The notes under the pieces were generated by a model. That model worked only from the letters and a program-made list of their open reading frames with translations, made no database searches and was not told the origin of the DNA. A stretch of 23,823 nucleotides of DNA from positions 1-23,823 of the forward strand of contig CAJWCD010000044.1 of assembly GCA_913020725.1 (NCBI GenBank), read 5' to 3'. Source of the stretch: an uncultured Pseudomonadota bacterium (GTDB lineage: Bacteria > SAR324 > NAC60-12). Within the stretch, counting starts at the first letter, position 1; every line of letters begins with the position of its first letter. Positions 8,144 through 15,987 of this stretch are shown piece by piece. A program made the translations under genes and the position numbers.

Positions 8144-8826
8144 GTGCCCCCTTGATCACCTTCCGGAACCTCGACAAGTGGTATGGAGCGCAGCAAGTTC
8201 TTGAGCAGGTGAAGCTCTCGTTGTATTCCGGACAGTGCATTTTGTTGGCAGGCGAAAACGGTTCCGGGAAAACCACACTGCTGAAAATTCTCGCAGGTTT
8301 GGAAACACCAACCCGCGCCGAAGTCGAATATGCAGACACGACCCAGCCTTGGAAAACCGCTGTTCGCCGCTACCGACGGGAGGTGATCTACCTCCACCAA
8401 ACCCCTTACCTCTTCAACGGGACGGTCGCCTCCAATGTCGCCTACGGCCTGCGTTTTACTGGCCTGAACCGCGAGCAGCAACAGCAGGCGCTGGCACGTG
8501 GGCTGGTGTGGGCGAACCTCACCGAACAAGCCAAGCGTCCGGCACACACCCTCTCCGGAGGCATCCGACAGCGCGTGGCCTTCACGCGCGCATGGGTGCT
8601 GTCTCCCAAAATCTTGCTGCTCGACGAACCGATTGCCAACATGGACGACGCTTCGCGCAAGCAAACCTGCGACCTGCTGGGCCGCATGAAATCCGCAGGC
8701 ATGTCCATCGTGATCACCAGTCATGATGCCCAGCCCTTTGAAACGCTGGCGGACGTCCGCTTTCAGTTGGAGAACAACCAGCTACGCCCCTGCGAATTGC
8801 ACTCCACCGCACGGGAAAGCGTTTGA
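8140..8826 (+). CDS. tupC: Tungstate ABC transporter ATP-binding protein
   Basis: ATGA overlap with tupB; Walker A GENGSGKT, LSGGIRQR, LLLDEP, TSH. Confidence 0.82.
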   Translation: MSAPLITFRNLDKWYGAQQVLEQVKLSLYSGQCILLAGENGSGKTTLLKILAGLETPTRAEVEYADTTQPWKTAVRRYRREVIYLHQTPYLFNGTVASNVAYGLRFTGLNREQQQQALARGLVWANLTEQAKRPAHTLSGGIRQRVAFTRAWVLSPKILLLDEPIANMDDASRKQTCDLLGRMKSAGMSIVITSHDAQPFETLADVRFQLENNQLRPCELHSTARESV

Positions 8827-8919
8827 CGATTCTCCCCCCTGTCCTACGCTGATTACACACGCATGACACGGCTCCGAACCCGGAGTCCTTCTACTCACTG
8901 ACCACACGGAGATCACGAC

Positions 8920-9747
8920 ATGGGAACCTTGACGGGCAAGACCCTTTTCATCACTGGAGCCAGCCGGGGCATCGGGCTGGCCATTGCACTACGGGCGGCA
9001 CAAGACGGCGCGAATGTCACCATCGCTGCAAAAACCACTGAGCCACACCCGAAGCTGCCCGGCACGATCTACACGGCTGCGGAAGCGATTGAGCAGGCCG
9101 GAGGGCAGGCGCTCGCCTGTGTGGTGGACATCCGGAACGAAGCAATGGTGCAGCAGGCCGTGGCGCAAACGGCGGAGAAGTTCGGGGGCATTGACATTCT
9201 CGTCAATAACGCCAGCGCGATCAGCTTGACCGGTACCTTGCAGACGCCGATGAAGCGCTACGACCTCATGCAGCAGATCAACACGCGGGGCACCTTCCTC
9301 TGTTCCCAAACCTGCTTGCCCCACTTGCTGAAAGCGGAGAATCCGCACGTCCTCAACCTCGCTCCACCACTCAATATGGAAACCCGCTGGTTTGCCCCGC
9401 ACACGGCGTACACGATGGCCAAGTTCGGCATGAGCCTCTGTGTCCTTGGCATGGCTGGGGAGTTCAAAAAACAGGGAGTTGCTTTCAATGCCCTCTGGCC
9501 GAAAACGACCATTGACACTGCTGCGATCCGCAACGTTGTCGGGGCTGAACTGGCGAACCGCAGTCGCAAACCGGACATCATGGCAGATGCCGCCCATGCA
9601 ATCCTCACCCGCTCCAGCCGCGACTGCACCGGAAATTTTTATGTGGACGAAGAGGTGTTGCGTGAGGAAGGTGTTTCCGATTTCTCCGGATACGCGGTCA
9701 CTCCGGGCTTGAAGAACGCGGAACTCCAGCCGGATTTCTTCATCTGA
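8920..9747 (+). CDS. Short-chain dehydrogenase/reductase, HSDL2/AtuG-like
   Basis: TGASRGIG, AAKTTEPHPKLPGTI (HSDL2-family motif), NNASAI, catalytic YTMAK; GGAG RBS. Confidence 0.88.
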   Translation: MGTLTGKTLFITGASRGIGLAIALRAAQDGANVTIAAKTTEPHPKLPGTIYTAAEAIEQAGGQALACVVDIRNEAMVQQAVAQTAEKFGGIDILVNNASAISLTGTLQTPMKRYDLMQQINTRGTFLCSQTCLPHLLKAENPHVLNLAPPLNMETRWFAPHTAYTMAKFGMSLCVLGMAGEFKKQGVAFNALWPKTTIDTAAIRNVVGAELANRSRKPDIMADAAHAILTRSSRDCTGNFYVDEEVLREEGVSDFSGYAVTPGLKNAELQPDFFI

Positions 9748-9757
9748 GCGCGCCGAC

Positions 9758-10603
9758 GTGAAACCCTACCTGTTCGCACTGGGGGCGTTTTTTTGCTGGG
9801 GCAGCCTACCCGCCGCCACTGGCTCGGGACTGCAAGGATTGCGGGTTCCAGAACTGCTGACATTCAGCTTCGTTCCTGCCGCCTGCTACCTGCTGTTCCA
9901 GCACATGCTGCTACACCGAAACCTGCGCCTGTACTGGCCGGGTTGGCGGGTCAGCCTGCTTGGTATCTACGGGCTGCTCGGCTACCACGCACTCTACTAC
10001 TTTGCGCTCGACCACGCTCCGCTTGCCGAGGGTGCGATCCTCACCACCACTTGGTCTTTCTGGATCATCGTTTTTGGCTCTTTTTTAAGACACCGTCGGC
10101 TGAAACTCGGAGTTTTAGGAGGTGCCTTGCTCGGCATATTGGGTGCGGGTGTGGTCATCGGCGGAGGTCAAGAACTGCAACTCACCTCGGAGTACAGTCT
10201 GGGCTATGGGATGGCCTTGGGGTGCGGGCTGCTCTGGGGTAGTTTCTCGGTCAGGCTCTCGCGGCTGGAGCTTCCGGAAGACCCGATGCCGCTGTTTACC
10301 GCACAAGCTGCCGTGTTGGCCGTGCTGGCCTACGGCCTGTCCGGGGATTTCCAGATGCCGGAACCGAGTTCACTCGCCGCCGCACTCTACTTGGGCATTG
10401 TGCCACTGGGGCTCTCCTTCACTTTCTGGCACCAAGCGCTCAAGGCACCGAACCTTGCCCTCGTCGGCGCCCTCAGCTACCTCACGCCTCCGCTGGCTGT
10501 GTTGCTGGTTGGGCTGGTTCACGGCGTGGCAATCTCTCCCTTCGTCTGGAGCGGCATGGCCCTGATCCTCGCGGCATCCTACCTCTGTCGACGTTTTGGG
10601 TGA
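9758..10603 (+). CDS. EamA/DMT family transporter
   Basis: About 10 hydrophobic segments in two repeats; YYFALDHAP and WHQALK...LSYLTP motifs; GTG start 10 nt after the SDR stop. Confidence 0.8.
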   Translation: MKPYLFALGAFFCWGSLPAATGSGLQGLRVPELLTFSFVPAACYLLFQHMLLHRNLRLYWPGWRVSLLGIYGLLGYHALYYFALDHAPLAEGAILTTTWSFWIIVFGSFLRHRRLKLGVLGGALLGILGAGVVIGGGQELQLTSEYSLGYGMALGCGLLWGSFSVRLSRLELPEDPMPLFTAQAAVLAVLAYGLSGDFQMPEPSSLAAALYLGIVPLGLSFTFWHQALKAPNLALVGALSYLTPPLAVLLVGLVHGVAISPFVWSGMALILAASYLCRRFG

Positions 10604-10692
10604 GAAGGAGCGCAGCGTAAATCGCTCAAGCAGGCATAACACTTTTGCTTGAATGGTGCCTCTAGCAAGAGGCGGGAAAGCAGGGAGTGGGG

Positions 10693-11484
10693 CTATTGCC
10701 CTTGGCCGGCAAATTCGCTCAGCCGCCCAGCAAGCCCGGCCTGCTGTTGTCCGCTCAGCGGGGCGAGGCGCTCTAGCTTCTCACGGAGCAGGCTACCGCT
10801 CTGCTGGCGTTTGATCTTCACGTCAGGATACGCGAGCTTCCCCGCAGAGACGATGTTGGTGTCCGAGACATCCGCAGGGCGCAAAATGCCGGTCACTGTG
10901 GTGATGTAGCGGACCTTGTTGCGCTGACGATAGACCACCTTGCGGCCACGGACCACCATGTTTCCATCCGGAAGCACACGCATCACCCGTGCGGAAATGA
11001 TTTCGAGATCGCGGAGAATCTTGTTTTGTTCCTCCTCAATCTGGTCCCGCATGGTGAAGGCTTCCAGTAGAATATTCGCCCTTGCCGTGTCCGAGGTCGG
11101 TGTCTGCTCGCCACCTTCCTCCTGTTCCTTGGGCGGGGGTACCGAGACAATCACTTGCAATTCACTGATGCTCAAAATATCGCCCTGGAAACGGGCGCGG
11201 TGATCCCGGAAGAGGTTACCAAACGAGGATTCGTAGCGCCAAAGCGAGCCTTCATACGGGTTGCGCTTCGCCGTGATCAGGCCGCGGCGCTTAGTGCGGA
11301 GGTCACTTTTTACTGGGGACGTTGGTTTTGCAACCGCAAGACGGCCAGTCTGTGGAGTGTCCGGGGCCATTTGGCCTGCAGTGGCCAGAGTGCGGCATCC
11401 GGACAAGGCCATCACAGCGGCCAGCAACAAAATCCCGCACCACCCGTGCCGGAATTGGGGGTTGGTGGTGGATTTTCCGATCAT
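10693..11484 (-). CDS. flgH: Flagellar basal body L-ring protein FlgH (divergent)
   Basis: Lipobox LSGC; GSLW...LFRDHRARFQGDIL; ISARVMRVLPDGNMVVRGRK; TGILRPADV; directly after flgA with TGATG overlap. Confidence 0.75.
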   Translation of the reverse strand: MIGKSTTNPQFRHGWCGILLLAAVMALSGCRTLATAGQMAPDTPQTGRLAVAKPTSPVKSDLRTKRRGLITAKRNPYEGSLWRYESSFGNLFRDHRARFQGDILSISELQVIVSVPPPKEQEEGGEQTPTSDTARANILLEAFTMRDQIEEEQNKILRDLEIISARVMRVLPDGNMVVRGRKVVYRQRNKVRYITTVTGILRPADVSDTNIVSAGKLAYPDVKIKRQQSGSLLREKLERLAPLSGQQQAGLAGRLSEFAGQGQ

Positions 11485-12467
11485 CAGTTGACCTGCACCA
11501 AGTTACGGCTCTTCACCTGCGCGTACACCACCATCTTGCTCTCAGTATTGCGCACGGGAATGCGCTCGCCTAAGTGTCCCTTCGCCATGGAAACTCCTTG
11601 GACGGACAGCAGCAAATTCGGGGTTTCGTAAACGATGAGCAGGCGATCCCCCACTTTCACCAGCGGTGGTGTGCTGAAACTGCTGCCCTTCAGCACTTCC
11701 TTGGGATTGATGTGCCGCGTGGCGATCTTGCCCACAAGTTGCTGCTTGTCGGTGACGTAATTCTGCGGCATCCGGTCCACCGTGCGGCGCACCGCCAGCA
11801 GGTCGGACTCCTGCACCACAGTTTCCGAACGAATCTCGTGCTTGGCGACGTAAACCTCCTTGTACACCTTCAGGTAGGTGCGCACCGGAACCTTCTGCAC
11901 AAGCTTGCTGTCCACGCTGAAGAGGACTTCGTAAGTCCAGTAGCCGCCCTCCTTGCGATGTGTTCCGCGCTCCTGGATTTCGTAACTGATGTCGCCTCGC
12001 GGCAGGAACAGATCGCGGCTGGAGGCCAGCAAACGAGGCTTGATGTCAGAGTTTCTGTTGGTTTTCCGGATGTGTTCCAACACCACCTGATCAATGTCCT
12101 CTCCCGGAATGCGGGTTGCCAGACGCTGGATGGTTGTGGATTCCAAGCTTGGAAATTCGAGGCGGTTGACATCGAAGCGCCCCGACCGCAATCGAGAACG
12201 AATCAGCGATTGAGTTACGGTAAGCCGACGTCCGGGCAAGGGTGAGCGTCCAATCACGATTTGCGAAAGCCGCTCCACCGCATTGAAATCTTCTCCCTCA
12301 AGCCGTGCGATCTCCCCCAGCCGATACTTCTCCCCCTCCACGGTCGCGGTGCTGTTCAGCAGCACCCGGATGCGCTTGCTCTCCGGAACCTGCTTGCGGG
12401 ACGCAGCGAGTGCGCTACCATCGAGCAAGAACGCTGCGAGCGTCAGGAAAAGGAGCAGTCGCATCAT
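11484..12467 (-). CDS. flgA: Flagellar P-ring formation chaperone FlgA (long form with N-terminal extension)
   Basis: Signal peptide, N-terminal RLGEIA...IGRSPLPG region, C-terminal SAF/ChapFlgA region (LVGKIATRHI, PPLVKVGD, GERIPVRNTES). Start taken as ATG 12467; TTG 12479 is possible. Confidence 0.85.
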   Translation of the reverse strand: MMRLLLFLTLAAFLLDGSALAASRKQVPESKRIRVLLNSTATVEGEKYRLGEIARLEGEDFNAVERLSQIVIGRSPLPGRRLTVTQSLIRSRLRSGRFDVNRLEFPSLESTTIQRLATRIPGEDIDQVVLEHIRKTNRNSDIKPRLLASSRDLFLPRGDISYEIQERGTHRKEGGYWTYEVLFSVDSKLVQKVPVRTYLKVYKEVYVAKHEIRSETVVQESDLLAVRRTVDRMPQNYVTDKQQLVGKIATRHINPKEVLKGSSFSTPPLVKVGDRLLIVYETPNLLLSVQGVSMAKGHLGERIPVRNTESKMVVYAQVKSRNLVQVN

Positions 12468-12479
12468 GGCGGTGAGCAA

Positions 12480-13268
12480 TCAGCGGGTCAGGTTGTTCGC
12501 GGTCTGGAGCATCTCATCGGAGGCTTGGATCGCCTTGGAGTTGACCTCGTAGGCCCGCTGCGCGGTGATCATGTCCACCATCTCCTCGACGAGCGAGACA
12601 TTGGAAAGCTCCAAGAAGCCCTGATTGAGGGCGCCCATGCCGTTGGAACCGGGGGCATCGATGAGCGGATTACCGGAAGCAGCGGTCGGGATGTAGAGAT
12701 TTTTGCTGATCGGAGTCATGCCCGAAGGGTTGCGGAAGCGGGCGAGTGTGAGGCTGCCGATGACTTCCGGAAGGGTTTCATCCCGCATATAAACCGAAAT
12801 CGTGCCGTCGAAGCCCATCTCCACCTTGCGTGTCTCAACTGGGATGTTGATTTCCGGGTCAACGAGGAAGCCGTCGCTGGTCACGAGCCGTCCCTGTCCG
12901 TCCACGTTGAAGTGACCGTCGCGGGTGTAGGCGACAATCCCGCTGGTCTGAAGGATCTGGAAGTAGCCGGGACCGTCAATGCCAATGTCCAACTCGCGCT
13001 CCGTGTTCTCCATCCCCCCCTGGCTGTGCATTTTCTCGGTGGAGACGTATTTCACACCGTGGCCGACGTGCAGCCCCACCGGAACCTGAGTCGAGAGCGA
13101 AGAGGGCACCCCCGCTGATTTCTCATTTTGATAGAGCAAATCTTGAAAATGGACCTTGCTCTTCTTGAAGCCCGTCGTGTTGACGTTGGCGAGGTTGTTG
13201 GCAACGGTGTCAATGTTGCGCTGCTGGGCCTGCATGCCGCTGGCCGCTGTGTAAAGAGACCGCATCAT
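12480..13268 (-). CDS. flgG: Flagellar basal-body distal rod protein FlgG
   Basis: MMRSLYTAASGM, ANNLANVNTTGFK, FQDLLYQ, YTRDG, LELSNV...EEMVDMITAQRAYEVNSKAIQASDEML. Confidence 0.95.
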   Translation of the reverse strand: MMRSLYTAASGMQAQQRNIDTVANNLANVNTTGFKKSKVHFQDLLYQNEKSAGVPSSLSTQVPVGLHVGHGVKYVSTEKMHSQGGMENTERELDIGIDGPGYFQILQTSGIVAYTRDGHFNVDGQGRLVTSDGFLVDPEINIPVETRKVEMGFDGTISVYMRDETLPEVIGSLTLARFRNPSGMTPISKNLYIPTAASGNPLIDAPGSNGMGALNQGFLELSNVSLVEEMVDMITAQRAYEVNSKAIQASDEMLQTANNLTR

Positions 13269-13312
13269 AAGCGTTCAACTCCTGCGATAAAATCGGTTAC
13301 AGAATTCCAAAA

Positions 13313-14086
13313 TCAACTCACACGCGCCAGTCCAATGGCCCGTTCGTTCAATTTGTCAATGTTGCTCAAAGCCCGCTGCACCCCTTCATACGCCCGTTGG
13401 GCGCTGATCATGCGGGTCATTTCCAAGACGCTGTTGACGTTTGAATCCTCCAAACTGCCTTGCAGCACTCCGACCTCGTCGGCGGGAATCGGCACATCGT
13501 CACTGCGGATTGGCGCAAAGAAGGTCTGTCCTAGTTTCTGGAGGTTTTCGGGATGCCGGAAGCGCACGAGCCGCAGCCGGTCGATGATCTCGCCATCCAC
13601 CTTCACTTGTCCGTCCACACCCACGGTGAAATCGTTGCCCGTGACAAGGATCGGCCCTTTTTCGCCCATCACCGGAAAGCCATCGTGCGTGACGAGGCGT
13701 CCATTACCCTCAAGCTGGAAGTTCCCGGCGCGGGTGAAGCGGTCGCCTTGGGGAGTGGCAATGGTGAAAAAACCTTCGTTCTCAAGCGCCAAGTCCAGTT
13801 TGCTTCCGGTGTTGCGGAAGCGTCCAATCGTGAAATCTTTCCCAATCTCGTCCACGACCACGGCAGATTTGTCCATGCCGACATACTGGTCGAGGTACTC
13901 ATGGGAGAGGAACGATTCCTCGTCGGATTCCGGCGCCACGCGCTGAGCGGCGGAAAGCACTTCCCTGAAGACGGGCTGGTCGCCCTTGTAACCCACGGTG
14001 CTGACGTTGGCGAGGTTGTTGGCCACCGTCTCCATTTGCCGCTCCACAACTCCGGCGGCCTGCACCAAACTAACAATTCCTGTCAT
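13313..14086 (-). CDS. flgF: Flagellar basal-body rod protein FlgF
   Basis: Start reassigned to ATG 14086 with GAAGGAG RBS; ANNLANVSTVGYK, FTRAGNF, LEDSNVN...MISAQRAYE; lies upstream of flgG. Confidence 0.88.
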   Translation of the reverse strand: MTGIVSLVQAAGVVERQMETVANNLANVSTVGYKGDQPVFREVLSAAQRVAPESDEESFLSHEYLDQYVGMDKSAVVVDEIGKDFTIGRFRNTGSKLDLALENEGFFTIATPQGDRFTRAGNFQLEGNGRLVTHDGFPVMGEKGPILVTGNDFTVGVDGQVKVDGEIIDRLRLVRFRHPENLQKLGQTFFAPIRSDDVPIPADEVGVLQGSLEDSNVNSVLEMTRMISAQRAYEGVQRALSNIDKLNERAIGLARVS

Positions 14087-14129
14087 ATCTCCTTCCACAA
14101 GTGGAGGTTTTGTAACTGGCCGGAATCTA

Positions 14130-14145
14130 AGCAAGCAACATACCA
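14130..14145 (-). promoter_or_regulatory. sigma54 (-24/-12) promoter of the flgFGAH operon
   Basis: Minus strand TGGTATGTTGCTTGCT = TGG-N8-TTGCT with exact GG-N10-GC spacing, 43 nt upstream of the flgF ATG. Confidence 0.65.
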
Positions 14146-14203
14146 CTCCCGCTTGGCCTCCCTGAGCCGACCAGCGGATTCTGCTCCCGGAGTTTCGCCA
14201 ACG

Positions 14204-14220
14204 TGCTTAAATTCTGAGCA
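14204..14220. promoter_or_regulatory. NtrC-like enhancer dyad
   Basis: TGCTTAAATTCTGAGCA: 17-bp TGC-N11-GCA dyad with AT-rich centre, centred about 106 nt upstream of the predicted glnA sigma54 start. Confidence 0.45.
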
Positions 14221-14291
14221 GCTGGCTAAAACATGGGCGATCTTCCTGAAGGAATTTTTTATTTTATTGAACAATTTCAGATAGTTGAAAT

Positions 14292-14308
14292 TGGCAAAGA
14301 AATTGCCA
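14292..14308 (+). promoter_or_regulatory. sigma54 (-24/-12) promoter of glnA
   Basis: TGGCAAAGAAATTGC, exact GG-N10-GC spacing, preceded by an AT-rich tract with an IHF-like sequence (14278-14290). The element is also a dyad (TGGCA-N7-TGCCA). Confidence 0.65.
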
Positions 14309-14321
14309 TAGAAAGAGAATG

Positions 14322-14376
14322 CAGGAGTCAGGAGTCAGCATGAGTGATCCTGACTCCTGGATACTAACTCCTGAAT
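14322..14376. repeat. Heptamer tandem repeats arranged as an inverted pair (STRR-like hairpin)
   Basis: CAGGAGT CAGGAGT CAG... then CCTGACT CCTGGAT ACTAACT CCTGAAT. CAGGAGTCAGG (14322-14332) is the exact reverse complement of CCTGACTCCTG (14349-14359). Confidence 0.7.
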
Positions 14377-14536
14377 GCTTCTCCCGTCGAGAGCGACCTC
14401 CCATGCATTGCTTGACGCAGCAAGTTGCGGGGAATCAGTTCCGAAAGAGATTTAGTGTTGGGCCTGCCTCCGGGCACACGCCAAACTACCGGACTCGCGG
14501 GTCCGGCCTTCTTCAACTCGATTTGTAAAACTTGCT

Positions 14537-15946
14537 ATGGCCACGGTCAACGACGTCATCAAACTCGCCAAGGACAACGAGGTGGTCACGGTGGACCTCA
14601 AGTTCATCGACTTCCTCGGCACTTGGCAGCACATCATGTTCTCCATGTCCGACTTCGGCGAGGACCTGCTGGAAAACGGTCGCATGTTCGACGGCTCCAG
14701 CATCCGCTGCTGGCAGACGATCGACGCTAGTGACATGAAGGTGGTTCCGGATCTCTCCACCGCCAAGCTCGACCCCTTCTTCGCTCAGCCGACGCTCTCG
14801 CTGATCTGTGACATCGTGGACCCCGTCACGGGCGAAGGCTACAACCGCGACCCGCGCAGCGTTGCCAAGAAAGCCGAAAAGTACCTCGCCTCCACTGGGA
14901 TTGGCGACACCGCCTTCTTTGGTCCGGAAGCGGAGTTTTTCATTTTTGACGACGTGCAGTACTCCTACGGTTCTGACGGAGGATTTTTCTCGATTGACTC
15001 GGAAGAGTGCCCGTGGAACACCGGAGCGGATGAGCATCCGAACCTCGGCTACAAGACGATGCCGAAGCTGGGTTATTTCCCGACCGCACCCTTCGACACC
15101 CAGAGCGACCTGCGCGTTGAGATGGTGATGATGATGGAACAGATGGGCATTGAAGTGGAGCGCCACCACCATGAGGTGGCCCCGGCCCAGCATGAAATCA
15201 ACTTCAAGTTCAGCACGCTGGTCGAGACGGCGGACAACCTCCAGTGGTACAAGTACATCATCCGCAACATCGCCCGCGCCAACGGCAAGACGGCGACCTT
15301 CATGCCCAAGCCGATGTTCAACGACAATGGTTCTGGAATGCACACCCACCAGTCGCTTTGGCAGAACGGCAAACCCCTCTTCTCCGGAGACCAGTACGGC
15401 GGGCTGAGTGAGACCGCGATGTACTACATCGGCGGCATCCTCAAACACGCTCCGGCGCTGGGCGCACTCATCAATCCGACCACCAACTCCTACAAGCGGC
15501 TCGTTCCGGGCTTTGAGGCGCCGATCAACCTCGCCTACTCCGCCCGCAACCGTTCCGCCTGTGTGCGGATTCCGGTCGCAGATTCGCCCAAGGCCCGCCG
15601 CCTCGAATTCCGCTGTCCGGACGCCACCGCCAACGCCTACCTCGCGTTCTCCGCGATGCTGATGGCCGGACTCGACGGCATCCAGAACAAGATTCATCCC
15701 GGCGACCCGATGGACGTGAACATCTACGACCTCTCGCCGGAGGAGTTGAACAAGGTGGGCCAGATGCCGCGCAACCTCACCGAAGCGCTAGAGGCGTTGC
15801 AAGCTGACAACGAATTTCTGCTCAAGGGTGATGTCTTCACCAAGGATGTCATTGATTACTGGGTGGACTACAAGGTTGAAGAGGAGATCAAACAAGTCGA
15901 TTCCCGCACCCATCCACACGAGTTCACGCTGTACTTCGGGTACTGA
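14537..15946 (+). CDS. glnA: Glutamine synthetase type I (GSI-beta)
   Basis: 469 aa; [56 protein letters not shown]; adenylylation Tyr in NIYDL. Confidence 0.98.
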   Translation: MATVNDVIKLAKDNEVVTVDLKFIDFLGTWQHIMFSMSDFGEDLLENGRMFDGSSIRCWQTIDASDMKVVPDLSTAKLDPFFAQPTLSLICDIVDPVTGEGYNRDPRSVAKKAEKYLASTGIGDTAFFGPEAEFFIFDDVQYSYGSDGGFFSIDSEECPWNTGADEHPNLGYKTMPKLGYFPTAPFDTQSDLRVEMVMMMEQMGIEVERHHHEVAPAQHEINFKFSTLVETADNLQWYKYIIRNIARANGKTATFMPKPMFNDNGSGMHTHQSLWQNGKPLFSGDQYGGLSETAMYYIGGILKHAPALGALINPTTNSYKRLVPGFEAPINLAYSARNRSACVRIPVADSPKARRLEFRCPDATANAYLAFSAMLMAGLDGIQNKIHPGDPMDVNIYDLSPEELNKVGQMPRNLTEALEALQADNEFLLKGDVFTKDVIDYWVDYKVEEEIKQVDSRTHPHEFTLYFGY

Positions 15947-15955
15947 TTCCGGTAT

Positions 15956-15983
15956 ATCCGGGAGGGTGAACTCGCTCCCGGAT
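15956..15983 (+). other. Intergenic stem-loop between glnA and glnE
   Basis: ATCCGGGAG (15956-15964) / CTCCCGGAT (15975-15983) perfect 9-bp inverted repeat, no U-tract, ending 4 nt before the glnE ATG. Confidence 0.5.
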
Positions 15984-15987
15984 TGCC

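Noticed and set aside
12261..14284. Long plus-strand ORFs antisense to flgA/flgG/flgF, and similar antisense ORFs over glnA, glnE and tupAB
   Set aside because: Typical antisense open frames of GC-rich genes; the sense genes have clear family motifs and these frames have none.
14322..14376. CRISPR array or IS/MITE ends
   Set aside because: Units are 7 bp with no unique spacers, and there are no cas or transposase genes or target-site duplications in the window.
14319..14528. 69-aa ORF as a glnA leader peptide
   Set aside because: Its N-terminus is the translation of heptamer repeats, it has no Gln-rich regulatory codon run, and it has no RBS. A leaderless start at the predicted TSS cannot be fully excluded.
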